The translations under genes and the position numbers were made by a program. The notes under the pieces were generated by a model that made no database searches, was not told the origin of the DNA, and saw only the letters and a program-made list of their open reading frames with translations. Shown here one piece after another: positions 40,151-54,399 of a stretch of DNA of 64,000 bases (positions within the stretch are counted from its first letter, which is position 1; every line of letters starts with the position of its first letter). Origin of the DNA: the human T2T-CHM13v2.0 reference genome, Homo sapiens; NCBI RefSeq assembly GCF_009914755.1, contig NC_060937.1; one strand, given 5' to 3'.

Positions 40151-41002
40151 GTTTGTTGTTTTGCTTTCTTTGGGTTCCCAGACTCAGACTGCCCCTGCTT
40201 CTGCCGCCATGAGAGGATGTACAGCCCCTCCTGGCCACATGTCCTGTAACCTGAGCCAGGAGCGTGTGACTGTCTTACTAACGCCCACGGCACTGCCGGG
40301 CTGCCACACTTGGGTCCTTCCTCTCCTCCTGAGGGCTTAGCAGGAATCCCGTCCCTGCACCCCATGTCTCAGCTCTGCTCCACTAATCCAAGATCCCTTT
40401 CCTTTCGGAGTTTCACACCCAGTTTGTGTGCAAAGAAAACTATGGAAAGAAGGCCTTTCCATAGTGCACCGCATTGCTTTCTGCCCTTTTTGTTAAGTAC
40501 ATTTCTTCTGTTTAAGAAAAATATGATTCACTCTACTGCATTCTCGATTTCTTTTCCTGTTCTTACTGTTAATATTTATCCAGTTAACCTGCCATTTTAT
40601 ATTTTCTAATTATATGCTGTCAGTTTCATTGCCACTGAAATCTTCTGTCTTATATCCTGTTTCTAAATGGAATGGTTTCTTTCATAGCCTTCTTAGAGAA
40701 AACGTATGCTGAAATACTGTGAAAAGGAGGCTCTGCTGTTTCCTGCTTGCCGGTCTGTCTGACTTATTCACTTCAAAGCTGTGAATCTGAATCCATGTAA
40801 CACTGGGGCTTGCTGCCGACTTATAATAATTATGTTGTTGCTTGGAATCTCTCACGGGGCTATACCTAGTTGATAGTAAAGCAAATTAATGTCTGATTTT
40901 TGTGTATTAGCAATGTTATTATTCAAATACATCCATGTGCCTGTTAGCCGACAATTTTTAAATTAATTTAAATTTCTCCCACCTCTTGTTTTCAAATGCC
41001 AG

Positions 41003-41269
41003 GTCACATGCATCGGACGTTACGGATTACTCTTACCCGGCTACTCCCAACCATTCTCTGCACCCCCAGCCTGTGACCCCTTCCTATGCAGCTGGTGACG
41101 TGCCACCACACGGGCCTGCAAGCCAGGCTGCGGAGCATGAGTACCGGCCCCCATCTGCCTCGGCGAGGCACATGGCCCTCAACAGACCTCAGCAGCCGCC
41201 CCCCCCGCCTCCCCCTCAGGCCCCAGAGGGGTCCCAGGCCTCTGCACCGATGGCTCCAGCAGACTACGG
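41003..41269 (+). CDS. WASF3: WASF3 exon at the start of the proline-rich region (SHASDVTDYSY...PPPPPPPQ...ADYG)
   Basis: gccAG acceptor and GTAACT donor; 267 nt, phase 2-2. Confidence 0.97.
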
Positions 41270-42555
41270 GTAACTCAGCATGCCTTGTACCCTAATCCCT
41301 CCTGGCCTTGCATTTGAATCTTGCTCTATGTGGTAGGAGAATTTTAACTCCGGTATTTTAGAGGCCAAGATAGAGTCAAGGATGACTGGATGTAGATACT
41401 AGCAACTCTAACATTCTGTGTGAAATAAAGCAGGTGCAGCATAAGCTCAGACTTACAGTTGAGTCTCAGGCCACACTGTGCATGCATGTGTGTTCCCTCA
41501 CACACACTCTGGGTGTTTGAATGGCTCTTTAAGCCAAGGCATTGATAAAGGGTATTAAGTGCTGATTTTGTGAACCTGTCCCAAACCCTCAAGTTTCTGG
41601 ACACATCCTGAGTGGACCACAGAAAATTGTTATCACAGACGAGAAGACCACACCATGCAGCTCCTGTGCCTCATTTCTCAGACTTGACCAAAATCTGCTT
41701 TCGTGACCTCTGACCACCCAGACATCATTCTGCCCCAGGCCCTCCTGTTCCCTGAGAAGTAGAATTCAGAGACTTCATGTTCAGGCGTTTATCAATTTAG
41801 GCACCCACCTCTCTTTTTTTTGGCTTTACTCTAGTCTTTAAAGACTTCATTCCTCAGAGTTGGTGCCCAGGAAAATTACCGTGTGTTGGTGTCCACTGCT
41901 AACACGTGTCTGCACACCCCTGTCTGAATGACAATCCTGCTCTCAGAAGTGCTCTCCCTGGCCATGCATGCCAAGTCAGGATCCCCAGAGTGGCTTGAGG
42001 CTGTGTCAGGCCAAGAGAGGGCCCATGGTCCAGTTAGTTTGGAAGACCCTCGGCTGAATAGAATTCAGCAGATTTCTTGGCTGTGTGACTTTTCGAAGCT
42101 TTTGATACACACCTGGGCACTGCAGGCATGGGGCATTTCCACGGAGGTGGGTTAGAGAATGTAGAAAGCTCCCAATCTGGTTGACCTTAGGACCCTTAAA
42201 AGACAAGTTTGTGAGCTACCGCCTTGAGATCCCAGTGTGAAGCCTTCACTGGCGCTGCCGTCCTGGCCTCTGCAGTCAGCTGCTTTATTCTGCCTTTCTT
42301 CAGGAAGTGCTGCACTTTTTGAGTGGTCCTCCTTTTGGCACATTTCAGTAGCAGATCTTGACTTCTGTCATAATGAATAATGTCAAACTGTGAAAATAAC
42401 TGACCCAAGGTGTGCATGTTTGCATCCTGCCATGATTGAAGTTCAGGTGACAATACGTGTTGTGTCTGGGGATGGCTCCGTTAGGTGTCTAAGAGCTCCC
42501 AGGACGTGACCCTCTCTTGTTCCCTTGGTGACTATGTGCCTCATATCTCTCTCAG

Positions 42556-42923
42556 GATGCTCCCAGCGCAGATAATTGAGTATTACAACCCATCCGGACC
42601 ACCTCCTCCGCCACCTCCTCCTGTGATTCCCTCAGCACAAACTGCCTTCGTCAGCCCTCTCCAGATGCCCATGCAGCCCCCGTTCCCTGCATCAGCCAGC
42701 TCCACGCACGCAGCTCCTCCTCACCCACCCTCCACCGGGCTCCTGGTCACAGCCCCGCCACCCCCGGGCCCACCACCTCCCCCGCCAGGCCCTCCTGGTC
42801 CCGGGTCTTCTCTTTCGTCCTCCCCAATGCATGGCCCCCCAGTAGCTGAGGCGAAGCGGCAAGAGCCTGCACAGCCACCAATCAGTGATGCTCGAAGCGA
42901 CCTCCTCGCTGCTATTCGAATGG
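42556..42923 (+). CDS. WASF3: WASF3 exon with polyproline region and WH2 N-half (...ISDARSDLLAAIRMG)
   Basis: ctctcAG acceptor and GTAAGT donor; 368 nt, phase 2-1; WH2 motif RSDLLAAIR. Confidence 0.97.
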
Positions 42924-43138
42924 GTAAGTGGAGCCCCCAGACACACAGCCTGCCTTTCAGCAAGAGGTTTCTTCATGTCTCCAGCCAGCTACAGCCTCCT
43001 TGTCTTCAAATGACTACTCACTACGTTTTTTAAAATAGAGTTAAAGGGGTCTTACTTGATTTTTTTGTTTTGTTTTGAATAGTAGTTGTGTTTTTGTCCA
43101 GTGTAAGGTAATCAAATTGTGATAAAGATTGGGAAACA

Positions 43139-43436
43139 GCCGGGCGCGGTGGGCTCATGCCTGTAATCCCAGCACTTTGGGAGGCCAAGGCAGTTGGATT
43201 GCTTGAGCCCAGGAGTTTGAGAGCAGCCTGGGCAACATGGCAAAACTCTATCCCTACAAAAAATGCAAAAAAAAATTAGCTGAGCATGTTGGCCTGAGCC
43301 TGTAGTCCCAGCTACTCAGGAGGCTGAGGTGGGAGGATTGCTTGAGTGTGGGAGGTCAAGGCTGCAGTGAGCCGTGGTCACGCCCCTGCACTCCAGCCTA
43401 GGCGACAGAGCGAGACCCGTCTCAAAAAAAAAAAAA
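43139..43436 (+). mobile_element. Alu (J-like)
   Basis: Consensus with gaggtgggaggattgcttgag; polyA tail. Confidence 0.93.
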
Positions 43437-44634
43437 GAATTGAAATTAGGAAGTTTTTACTTACCTTGAAACCAGAAACCCAATAACTGAAGTGATCGAT
43501 TAATTAATTGGATCTCTTCTCTGCATTCTGCTCTAAGGGGAAAAGTATAAATGAAAGAAAGTGAGCTCATATTAATGATTTCTTTAAAAAAAAAAAAGAG
43601 TTTGTGCTGGACTTGTCATATTTGCTTGATGTCCTAAGCCAGTGGTTTTTCAGAATCTATAATATTCAACAGCATAACCCTTTTGTCAGATGAAAGTCCC
43701 GCGTTGACCCCCTGACCACAAAACACATGGAAACAGAGCATCTCAGGTGGAATTGGGTGGGGAGTCTGCCCTCGCCTGTCTTGGGCTGCCCAGAGAGCCC
43801 CTGGGAACCTCCAGCCCACACCATGGATTCTTAACCAGGTCCCAACCCAGGTTGGTCGAGGGTCCCTGACATGTTATGGGAATATCCAAGAGCTTCTCGC
43901 CTGTGGGGAGCTGCACAGACTTGGTCACAGTTTAGTCATCTCATCTGGAAGTGACCAAGCAAGGAGCCTGGCTGCAGCCCGCCAGCTCAGCATCAGGGAT
44001 GTCCTTCAGAGGAGCTGTGATGCTGCTGCCTCTGCGTTTTTCTTGTGTGCCCATGAACCAGGCCCACAGTGTGGCCCACGCACCCTTCTAAAGACCCCAG
44101 GGTCCTCTGTGTACCTGGACATCATTGACACACTTTTATTTTGTCAAGATAAAAAAGTCCTAGAGGTATATTAGCTCATGAATATCAAGTTCGGGGTCAT
44201 TGTAGGACGGTGTTGGATTTGCCTTTTTTTTTTTTAACACCTTATAAGCCCTGTCTACCAAGAGTAGATACATAACCTGTATCTAATCTCGAGGAAACAT
44301 CTGATACACCCAAATCGACAGACATTCTGCAAAATAGCTTCCTATATTCTTCAAAAACGAGAAGGTTGTAAAACACAAAGACTGTGAAGAACTATCCAGA
44401 TTAAAGGACATTAACAAAATTGACAACCAATGTCACGGATAATTTCCACTGGATTCTGAACCAGGGGATAATCTTTTCCATTTGCAATTAGATTGGGTCT
44501 TTTTGCAAAATTTGAATAATATTTGTAGGATAGATAGTAGTAGTGTATCCAAACTAATTTTGTGATTTTGATATTTTGGGTGGGCGAGGCGGGGGCGGTA
44601 ACACATGAACTATTTTAGGGGTAAAGGGACATTA

Positions 44635-45063
<429 letters not shown>

Positions 45064-45636
45064 TTAAATCATCAAATATCTTACTTTGTTACTAAGCTAG
45101 AAAGTAGATGATTGTATTTTATGTTTGTTTCCACAGTAATTGTTGAAATAAAGGTTTCTCAGTTACTTCTTGGGTTAGCTGAGAGTGAGTAGCATAGAAC
45201 ACTGTTTCCAAGGCTCTGGATGCTGTTGCTGCCTAGTAGATGTCCTGTGGTGATAGAAATGCTCCAGCCTGCAGCGTCCCAGAGAGTAGCCACTAGCCAC
45301 ATGTCAGTTCATGCTTTTAAGGCTATATGTGCCTAGTGGCTGCTGTCTGGGATGGTGCAGCTCCACAGTTTTCTCTAATGGTGTTCAGGTACACTGAAAT
45401 TAGGAATTTTTAATATTTTAACACATTACTTTGTTACAAAAAAACTTCTCACTTTGAATGCATGTTTTTTCTCATGAAACTTTTAATATTCCCTGAGCTT
45501 TTCTCCCCTCAAATTTCTAAAACTTTCTGTCCTTAGTGTCAGTAGAAAAAAAAGTCCAATAGACATATTTGTTCGTTTATCTTTAATTTGGAGCCAGCAA
45601 AAGGATGTGATTCTGAACCACGTGTTGTGTCTGCAG

Positions 45637-45794
45637 GAATTCAACTGAAAAAGGTGCAGGAGCAGCGGGAGCAGGAGGCCAAGCGGGAGCCAGTGGGGAA
45701 TGACGTGGCCACGATCCTGTCCCGGCGCATTGCCGTGGAGTACAGCGACTCTGACGACGACTCAGAGTTCGACGAGAACGACTGGTCCGACTGA
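45637..45794 (+). CDS. WASF3: WASF3 last coding exon: WH2 LKKV, central and acidic VCA region ending DENDWSD*
   Basis: ctgcAG acceptor; 158 nt to TGA; exon lengths sum to 1509 nt; acidic tail carries the Arp2/3-binding Trp. Confidence 0.97.
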
Positions 45795-48741
45795 GCAAAG
45801 GCCGGCGGAGAGGCCGCGTGTGGGAGCGTGTTGAAGATTTTAAGTGGTCTCTACACCCAAATAGTGGTATTCTAATCCCGTAGCATAGCACCTTTTGTAT
45901 AAACAATGTGATATTGCTTCTGCACATCCAAAAATTCTGGGTCTTTTCAGTATTTACTGTGTAATACTTAAGTGCCACTAAACATAGCAAATTGTGCTGC
46001 ACATGAGGAAATAGGCTGTCACTATCACATTGTCCTGAAAACAGCATCTGCTTTCCTCTTGGCCATGAGAGTATTTAGTGCAGTTTGGGTTTACTCTTAC
46101 TGATCAATATAACTCTGCAGACTTGCTGTGTGTTTGTGAAGCTGCCTGGTGTTAGGTCTCTGCAAGACTAATGACTATGTCAGAGTGATGTCTTCCAACC
46201 AGTAAGTGATATTGTTTCACCGCTTTGGTTTTTCCTTTTGTTTTTTTAAAGGATGTGTTTCTGAATAAGTTGGTTTTAGAGGGAAAGGTTCAACAAACAG
46301 GGAGAATCCAGTGTTTCTGCTTTCAGTTTCTTGGCTTGGTAGCCTCTGAGTGAATCTGATGCTCTGCTGAATAATTTCATTACCTCTGCACATGCCTGTC
46401 AAATATGAAATTGGAAGGGCCCTTTTCAGGCTGGGTTCCCTGTGGGCATTTGCTTAGTAAATGCCTGTTGATGGTTTTTGCAAGAGAATTCAGCAGCTCA
46501 ACAGTAATGAAAGTGAAGAACAGAGTCCATTTTCCTTCCTGGGGCCATTGGGGATGACACTCAAGATACTTGCCAGTCTCTCCAGTGTGGGCACCAGCCG
46601 GCCAGAACAGATGCGAGCAGTCCATGACTCTGGGAGCTACACCGCTGAGCTGGGCAGAGCTGCGGCACAGGGCCTGGGCTGCAAAGGAGCCCTGCTCCTT
46701 TAGTTTCCTGACACCTGTGTCCTGAGTGAGCCGCAGGAGTTCTTAGCTCCTCAGCGAGCAACAGAGAGCACTTTAGATGGCACCTTTCACCACTTGGTCA
46801 GAATTTTAAAAGCTTAGGTTTAGGTGAAAGTAGATATTGACAGCTATTCACCTTTCACGGTGCTGGGGCCAGATTAGGGATCACTCCCGTGAGGAGGGCC
46901 TTCACCCTGTTCTAGAAGCACATGGTTGTCCTCCTGTTGTTGGCACATTAAATGATAAAAAGCACCTCATGAGATTCCCTTGATCAGCCCTGCAGCTGTA
47001 GTACAGTGCTGTGCCCTCACCTCCACCCTTCCTGTTGTTCCCACGTGGGCAATACCAGGGACCCATGGGGAAACTCAAGAATGACAGCTTCTATATTTTG
47101 TAATTCTGGATGAAAGATAACTGTGTTGAACAAACAGGTGCTCCAGGCTTTGATTATAGATACGACTTCAAAAATATGCTAAGACGCTTGACTTATTAAG
47201 GACTTTAACCTACTCAACAGTATTTCATATCCATTGTGGTTAGTTACTCAGTTATGTTGAGAAGAATCTGGAGCTAAAAGCAGAGATGTTTGAGGTGACG
47301 GTAGGAATGTGAGCAGGATGGTGATGGGGGTTTTTGTTAAAATGCATCTGAGCAAGTCAGCCAGCCCCGAAGTCCCCTCAGTGTGTGTGTCTCGAGTGGC
47401 TACCTGTTGGGCTTGTGGGCAGTGATTGTACAGAGCCTGTCCATTGGGTGCAGTCATGTAGATCTGAAGCCCTGAAAAGCCTCATGTCTGCATCCCCTTT
47501 CCAAGGCTGCTTCCCTGGTGTGTCTGTTCTCTCCTCTGTCCCAGGTGCTGGGAGCGTCCTCTTCAGCGTCTTTTCCTAGAGCTGGTCACCACTAGGCTGT
47601 CACTATAAATTCCTTGAATATAAGTAACAGTTATTAATGAACTTCTAAATTTCTAATTTCTCTCTCTCTCTCTTTTTTTTTTTTTTTGTTGTTGTTAAAA
47701 AGGGCCTACTACATTGGCGCTATTCTTAGGACTTCTGCAACTTTTAAAGTCTTACTTGTCTTTCTTGTTGCTTTTGTATTAGGAGTTCCCCGTGTGGGTC
47801 TAGAACTCCCCTTTGGTAATGCTTCTTTGTTTTTTTATGGCCCTTCTGTTCTCAGGATGGAGAGAACACAGAAGCTACTATCCATGTCAGGATTTATTCT
47901 ATTTATATCTTATTACAATAAAATTAGTGGCACTTTATTCATAAATATTCATGAGCCTGTTAATTGTTAGTTGTCTTCCTGTAGCTGAATCAACAAGTTA
48001 TTTTCAACTCAATTTTATGACTTGCGAAAAAGCTTTTGCCCTGTTGTGTACCATAACATTTAAAAGAATGGAAAATGACTGAAATCCAATTTAGATTATT
48101 TTTAGAGTATTTTTCCAGCAAATTCAATTTATTCTGAAATTTAAATCCAGATCTTTTCTAATATGGTATTACAATGAAAAGAATAAAGAGAAGATTTGAA
48201 TTTTCAGTTTCATTTTCAAAAACTATTTACCAAAACAAATGGAGAAGAAACATCCAAAAGCACATTTCATTTCTCCAAACTTTGTGTTTTAAATTATAGT
48301 TATAAATTGTAAGGTAATTTTAAATTGTCCCTCGTATTATTTCTCCACGTCTGTTTTAGTTTAATGTCTCCTAAGCTTTTCTCTCATAGCGTAGACCTAG
48401 GGAAGGGATGGGAAGATTGCCCAGTCCCCGATGGCTGCGCACACAGGAGGCGGCGGAGCACAAGGCAAGTGAGTTTGCACTGTCAGCCCCAGACCGTAAG
48501 CTTGGCTACACTGATGTTTTTCTTTACTAAGGATACTATTCAAAAATTAACATTTTCATCTCAGTAAGTTTTTAGAACATCAAAATGTTTTCTGAGCTCC
48601 AAGTGGCTAGGTTGTAAAAGTTTTATAATAATTTGCAATTAAAATACATGATACATATTAATCCATTAAAGACTAGTGGGAATGTATCAGCCAGAGTAGC
48701 AAGTAATTTTTGTTTTATAAATCATAGTATCTGTCATCTTG

Positions 48742-48749
48742 CAGTATTA
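48742..48749 (+). promoter_or_regulatory. miR-200b/c/429 8mer site CAGTATTA (further 7mer-m8 CAGTATT at 45948 and 47218)
   Basis: Exact seed complements in the 3'UTR; WAVE3 is an established miR-200 target. Confidence 0.7.
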
Positions 48750-48853
48750 CCAATGCTGTTGTAAATTGAATTTAAAGTGGTATTAAAAAAAACTGTTAAA
48801 CAATTTTTATCTGTTTGTATATCTTACTATAGATTATGTACAAGTAACATCTA

Positions 48854-48859
48854 AATAAA
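48854..48859 (+). terminator. Major polyadenylation signal AATAAA
   Basis: Upstream TGTA elements (~48816, 48837) and downstream GU/U-rich tract gtgttgtatgtttggctttttt at 48901; other AATAAA at 47917 and 48182. Confidence 0.8.
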
Positions 48860-51800
48860 ATTACACTTTTAACCCTAAGAGGTTTTGCTTATTAATAACA
48901 GTGTTGTATGTTTGGCTTTTTTGGAAGAGAACTTGGTGTTAAGTGGTTTTTTGTTTTTGCTTTTGTTTAGCATTTTCCTTATTAGACAACAGAAGACACT
49001 ACTTTGGTTTCCATTTAAATTTCTACATAATTTTTGTGTCACCAAGAGTTCAGATTGAATTCCTGAATGACTCGGGGCAGCACTAGTCTGGTTAGAAAGA
49101 AAAGGCCATGCTGGGAGTAGGGCAGCCACCTGTTGAGAGGATAGAGCCTGGGGCAAGAGGGTCTTAACCACATTTACTCTCAACGGTAAAAGTGAATAAC
49201 ACGCTGTAGTATGTATGTATTGCTTATGAGATGTTTTCATTTAATCCTTACAATAATCCTTAACATTCTGTTTCATATGTGGGAAAACTAGAGTGAAGCT
49301 AAGTTACTCTCTCAGGGACCTTGGTCGATAGAAAACTCAGTTCTGGGGCAGAATCACATGTTGGGGTAATGAGAGTCGAGATTGGGTGGGTAAGTGTGGC
49401 CACATACTTCAGAGACAGCCAGACTGGAGGTCAGGCTTCCTGTAGAAGCTGCTTTCAAGTTCCTGATGCACACGGTGTGTACCTCTACCATGGCACGCAT
49501 CATGTGGTATGATGGCTGGTTCTGTGTGTAGCCTTTCACTGGACTGTGTGCTCCTTGTAGATGTAAGTCATCTTTGCATCCTGAGAGCCTTGGCACAGCA
49601 CCCAGTCTCCTAGACAATGAGCAGCTGCTTTTTGCATGATTAGATGAGTGGATGGATTCCTGAGTGGTTTTCTTTAGCAAAAAGTAAAGTGTGAGCAACT
49701 TTTTTAAACATGGCAAATTCTACCAAATACCTTGACGTTGCATTTCCTCCTTAGTACTTGTCATCTGATGTGTGGCTCCCTCTTTATGGTGTGTATTCCC
49801 CACCAGACTGAGCTCTGGGAGGCAGGAAGGGGCCTGTTCTGCTGTATCCTGTGTGTTGAGCACAGTGCCTGGCACTTTCTAGGTTTCAAATAGTTATTTA
49901 GGGATTGTTGTTCATAGGGAAAAAGGGGAGGCTTCTTCAACAACTGTTTGTGAGCCTAATAAGATTTTTAAATACATGGATATGTGTAAAACACTTGGAA
50001 GAGTGCCTGGTGCTAAGCAGACACCCAGTGGTTGTGACCCACCTCTTTCGTCTACAAGCCACTGGCTGAAAAAGAGTGGCAGGCTGGGCCCTGCCCTCAT
50101 GGGGCTGCTCATCTAATGAGAAAAAAGGACATTAAATATTGTCGAATAAGTAATTTAGATCATTTGACATGTGCTGAAGTTTGGGGCAGAATGAGAAGTG
50201 CCCAATCTCAGTGGGCCAAGAGAAGCTGAGATTTGAGAATGAACAGAAGTTAGCTCAGGGAAGGGAAAGGAGTTTTTCAGTAGAGAGAACAGCCTGTGCA
50301 TTCCCTAAGATGGGAAAGACAATATGGGGTGAGAATGGAACTAAAGTATTGTGGAATGGAAGCACTGAGAGGAAGAAGTGTCATGAGATGGGATACAAAG
50401 ATGCTGGAAACCTCCCATGCCCAGCATTCGGGATTTAGGGAGCTTTCTGAACCAACAAACCCCACCATGATGACATGTCTGCCATAGCTGCACACCTATC
50501 AAAATATTCATATTTACAGCCTATTGGTTTTTTAATTGATCTTGATAGCCTCATGCCTTAGATGGCACTAATCTTAGAAAGGATCTTAGGTCCGTTTTAT
50601 TTATATGTATTTAGAAGGCATCTTAGTGCTCTGCTAGTCTAGCTCCTACCTTTAAAGATGGGGAAAAGGCCATTGCTTCCATTGATGGGGGCTCAAAGCT
50701 TGGTCTCTTGACTCTTGAATTTTCAAGAGTTCAAGGTCCTCCTGTTCCACCTTTCAGAGTTAGGTAAATATCCCTCACCCTCTGTTTCATTATGAAAAAA
50801 ATTAAAATCTACAATAAAGTTGTTCAGTAAACACTCATATACCCCTCTCCATCTGTTCATCAATTCTTATCTTTTATGCATTTCAAAGTAATGTGTATTC
50901 TTCACCCCGAATTCTTCAGCATACATATCATTAGAGTTTAATATTTATAATGTAAAATACACTTAGAGTAGGTTCACTGACTCTATTCTGTCATCTGTTA
51001 TATAATTTGCTCTTAAGCCCATCTAGTAAATTTTTTATTTCAGACATTGGATTTTTTCACTCTAGAATGTCCTAATGGTTCTTTTTTGTTGTTCATTTAT
51101 TATAAGCTTATTTTCCTTTACATCTTTGAGCATAGTTATACTGGCTCTTTAAAAATCTTTGCTAATTCCAACATCTGGATTTTTTTTTTTTCAGGATCAG
51201 TCGCTATTGAGTGTTTTCACTCTTGAGTGCATGCCTAATAGTTTTGGATTGTATTGTAAACTCGGTGAATGATACATTTTAGAGACTCTCGATTCTGTTA
51301 TGTTCCTCCAAAAAGTACTGATTTTTTTTTTTTTTTAAAGAAGACAGTTAACATGGCTAGAATTAAACTCTCAATTCCTCCCTGCCCCCATCACCCAGCA
51401 CACACACAATAGACAATAGCAGAAATTTCTTAAGTTCTTTTAACCTTAGCCAGGCTGTTTGGAGTTTATTTGGCTCACGCTTGGTTACAGAATCAAACAG
51501 AGACTCAGGCAGTTTTACACAGAATTTTTGGATCCCCCTCTGGCTCTTGTTTATAGGAACACTTCACTTTCAATCTTCTTTGATCGCTCTGAACTCAGCC
51601 CTCTCATTTTTTTAAGCCAATAAGATGGTGGGTTAAGTCAGCCAGCCAAGACTGCAGATTTTCTGTTCAGGCTTAGCTGCCTGCTTGGCAGAACAGGGCC
51701 TGCCCTCACCAAAATGCCTTTAATAATCAGAAATGCAAAGCCTTTTTCTTCTGCCAAGCGTCAGCTCCCCTCTCATGTGTTTCTGGTTTTGATTTCTGTG

Positions 51801-52153
51801 CAATGCCTTCGATGGCTGTGAGGTGTATTTTGTCCAGTTCATAATTGTTATCTGTAGTGATTTGGTCTGAAATGAGCTAGTTCTCCAGTCCCAGAAGCCT
51901 CATTCTATAAATACTTGATGCAACATTTATTTTTAAAAATGTTAATGTAAATTTAAAAATGCAAACTGATGTTTAATACCCAATTACAACAAATGATCAG
52001 TGTCTCCATTTTTCTGCCAAGCAAACTTGTGTTTGCAAGGACCCCACAATAAAACTGGTGACATAGTTCTTTAACAAAGTGGTATCCAAGTATTGCATGA
52101 TGTGATAGGAAACATGTGTCTACGTCTTATCTGTGAATCAGAATGTTCTTTAA

Positions 52154-52470
<317 letters not shown>

Positions 52471-53447
52471 CAGAATGTTCTTTAAACCGTGCAAGCAGAA
52501 CAGTATGTGAGTCACATGGGCATTAAGACTACTTTAACAAATCGTCAGCCTTACCCCCAGTCTCCATTTTTATGTTCATCAAATAACTTTAATATTTTCA
52601 CTGAGTTTTATAAATTTAGATTCAGGAATAAATCTATACACATAAAATATTTACTTTTAATTATTGGGGTTCATTTGAATCAAGGGTTCCACTACCTAAA
52701 ACTTTGTAACCACTGCCTAGCATCACCAGTATGTAAGGGTTCACGTTGTTATGGGACTGTGTACTGTACTCAGATTTTGTGTTCTGTGAAGACAGTCCCA
52801 ATACAGAGCTGTGTCACAAGCTTTTGAGGACATGGATATTTAATTTGGAGGTGTGGGTAACTTGTAGAGGTGTCCCAACAGGGAACTAGATGAGAAGGAG
52901 ATTTGCTTCCCGAGTATACTTTCTTCCCGGGCCTGGCACCTGGACATTGATTTGCCAAAACACGTGAGCACTGTCCTGTGGATATCTGTACGTGCGATCT
53001 TTTAATTGCCCCACTGCATTTGCCCTGTGTACTTGTGATGTGAGTAATTAGCTTTAAATACAGCACCATGATTAGTTAGAGGTGGTGAATTGGCCGATGA
53101 TTTACCATGAAGAAAAATTAAGAAAATATGCCATTTAAGAGTAATTTAAAAACCTACCAAGTGGTACTTAACGTGAAGTGACATTTAAAAGCATTTCATA
53201 TTCGAGGATGTGCGTCAGCTGCTGTGGCCTAAAACCAGTTGAAACAGCAGTTTGACTCTGCAGCTGGCACGTCCTGAACCTGTGAACATGACTTAGCATC
53301 CGCATTCAGAAGATGTTTCTTTGCATGTGTGTAGGTGACGGTGGTTTGAAGTGTATCTTCTGAGAGCCACACTTGAAGATCTTGATAATTAAGTTAGGGG
53401 AGCAGCTTTCAGCTCCTTGACATGTCTTTTAATATTTCAGAGACCTA

Positions 53448-53750
53448 GCCAGGCATGGTGGTGGCTCATGCCTGTAACTCCAGCAATTTGGGAGGCCAAG
53501 ATGGGAGGATCACTTGAGCTCAGGAGTTTGAGACCAGCCTAGGCAACATAGCAAGACCCCATTGCTCCAAAAAGAAAAAGAAATCAGCTGGGCATGGCAG
53601 CTCACTCCTGTTGTTCCGGCTACTCAGGAGGCTGAGATGGGAGGATTGCTTGAGCCCAGGGAGTCAAGGCTGCAGTGAACTATGATCGCACCACTGCACT
53701 CCAGCCTGGGTGACAGAGTGAGACTGTGTCTCACAAAAAAACAACAAAAA

Positions 53751-53783
<33 letters not shown>
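53448..53783 (+). mobile_element. Alu (J-like) with tail-derived (CA)n at 53752-53783
   Basis: Consensus followed by a microsatellite. Confidence 0.9.
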
Positions 53784-53786
<3 letters not shown>

Positions 53787-54399
53787 CAAAAATCAAAGAC
53801 CTGGGCCTTCATTTGGTTTTCCAATTGGGGAATTTCAGCGACATGCCTTGAGGTCGGGGCAGGAAGCAGCATGGTGATCAGCACTGGATGACTCACCATG
53901 AAGGGCCCCAGGTTGCCTCCTCCCAGGGCACCTGGCCACATTTCCATTTGCACAGGTCGCAGTGTTGCTGTGGCTCCAGCAGCCCTGTGTCCCTCCTGTC
54001 CCTGGTCTCTGGCTCGCCTTGTCACTGTAAGCCTCCCTCCTCCCTCCACCAGCACGACTTTCCTTGCCAGGCTCCTTCCTCACAGAGGCCGTGGGTCCCT
54101 GTGGCCCCCACATCGCCTTGGTTTCTGCTGTCCTTCCCTCTTCCCCCGACAGGTGACCTGTCCTCTCCTGTCTTCCCCTGATGCTTCCAATGCCAACCCG
54201 GTCAGATCCTGCCACACTGGGTTTTGGGGGTGCAGAAGCCCACATAAGTTAATAAAGGAGCTGGCCCTCTCTCAGCAGAGATTAGAAGTTGTGTCTGAGC
54301 CGAGATGCCCCTGGGCACCAGGAAGGAGTCCCCTTCAGTGCCTTCTCAGCTGAGCCTGGGTTCCTCCCAGGCTCATTCCCACAAGGAACCTTGTGGGAT

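Larger units (their letters stand above)
45795..48878 (+). other. WASF3: WASF3 3'UTR (~3.1 kb; 3' end approximate)
   Basis: Follows the stop codon; no recognisable Alu or L1; AU-rich distal part ending at a polyA signal. Confidence 0.8.

Noticed and set aside
39873-40340. 155-aa ORF as a separate gene
   Set aside because: It is WASF3 exon B read through its flanking intron sequence
42485-43033. 182-aa ORF and antisense Gly-rich ORFs
   Set aside because: This is the WASF3 polyproline exon plus intron; the antisense frames are open only because of GC-rich codons
46770-46784. CTCF-like TAGATGGCAC (also ~50558 and 56183)
   Set aside because: Lacks the 5' CCRS core; much weaker than the site at 58820
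48870-48878. taaccctaa telomere-like motif at the polyA site
   Set aside because: Only 1.5 units; chance occurrence
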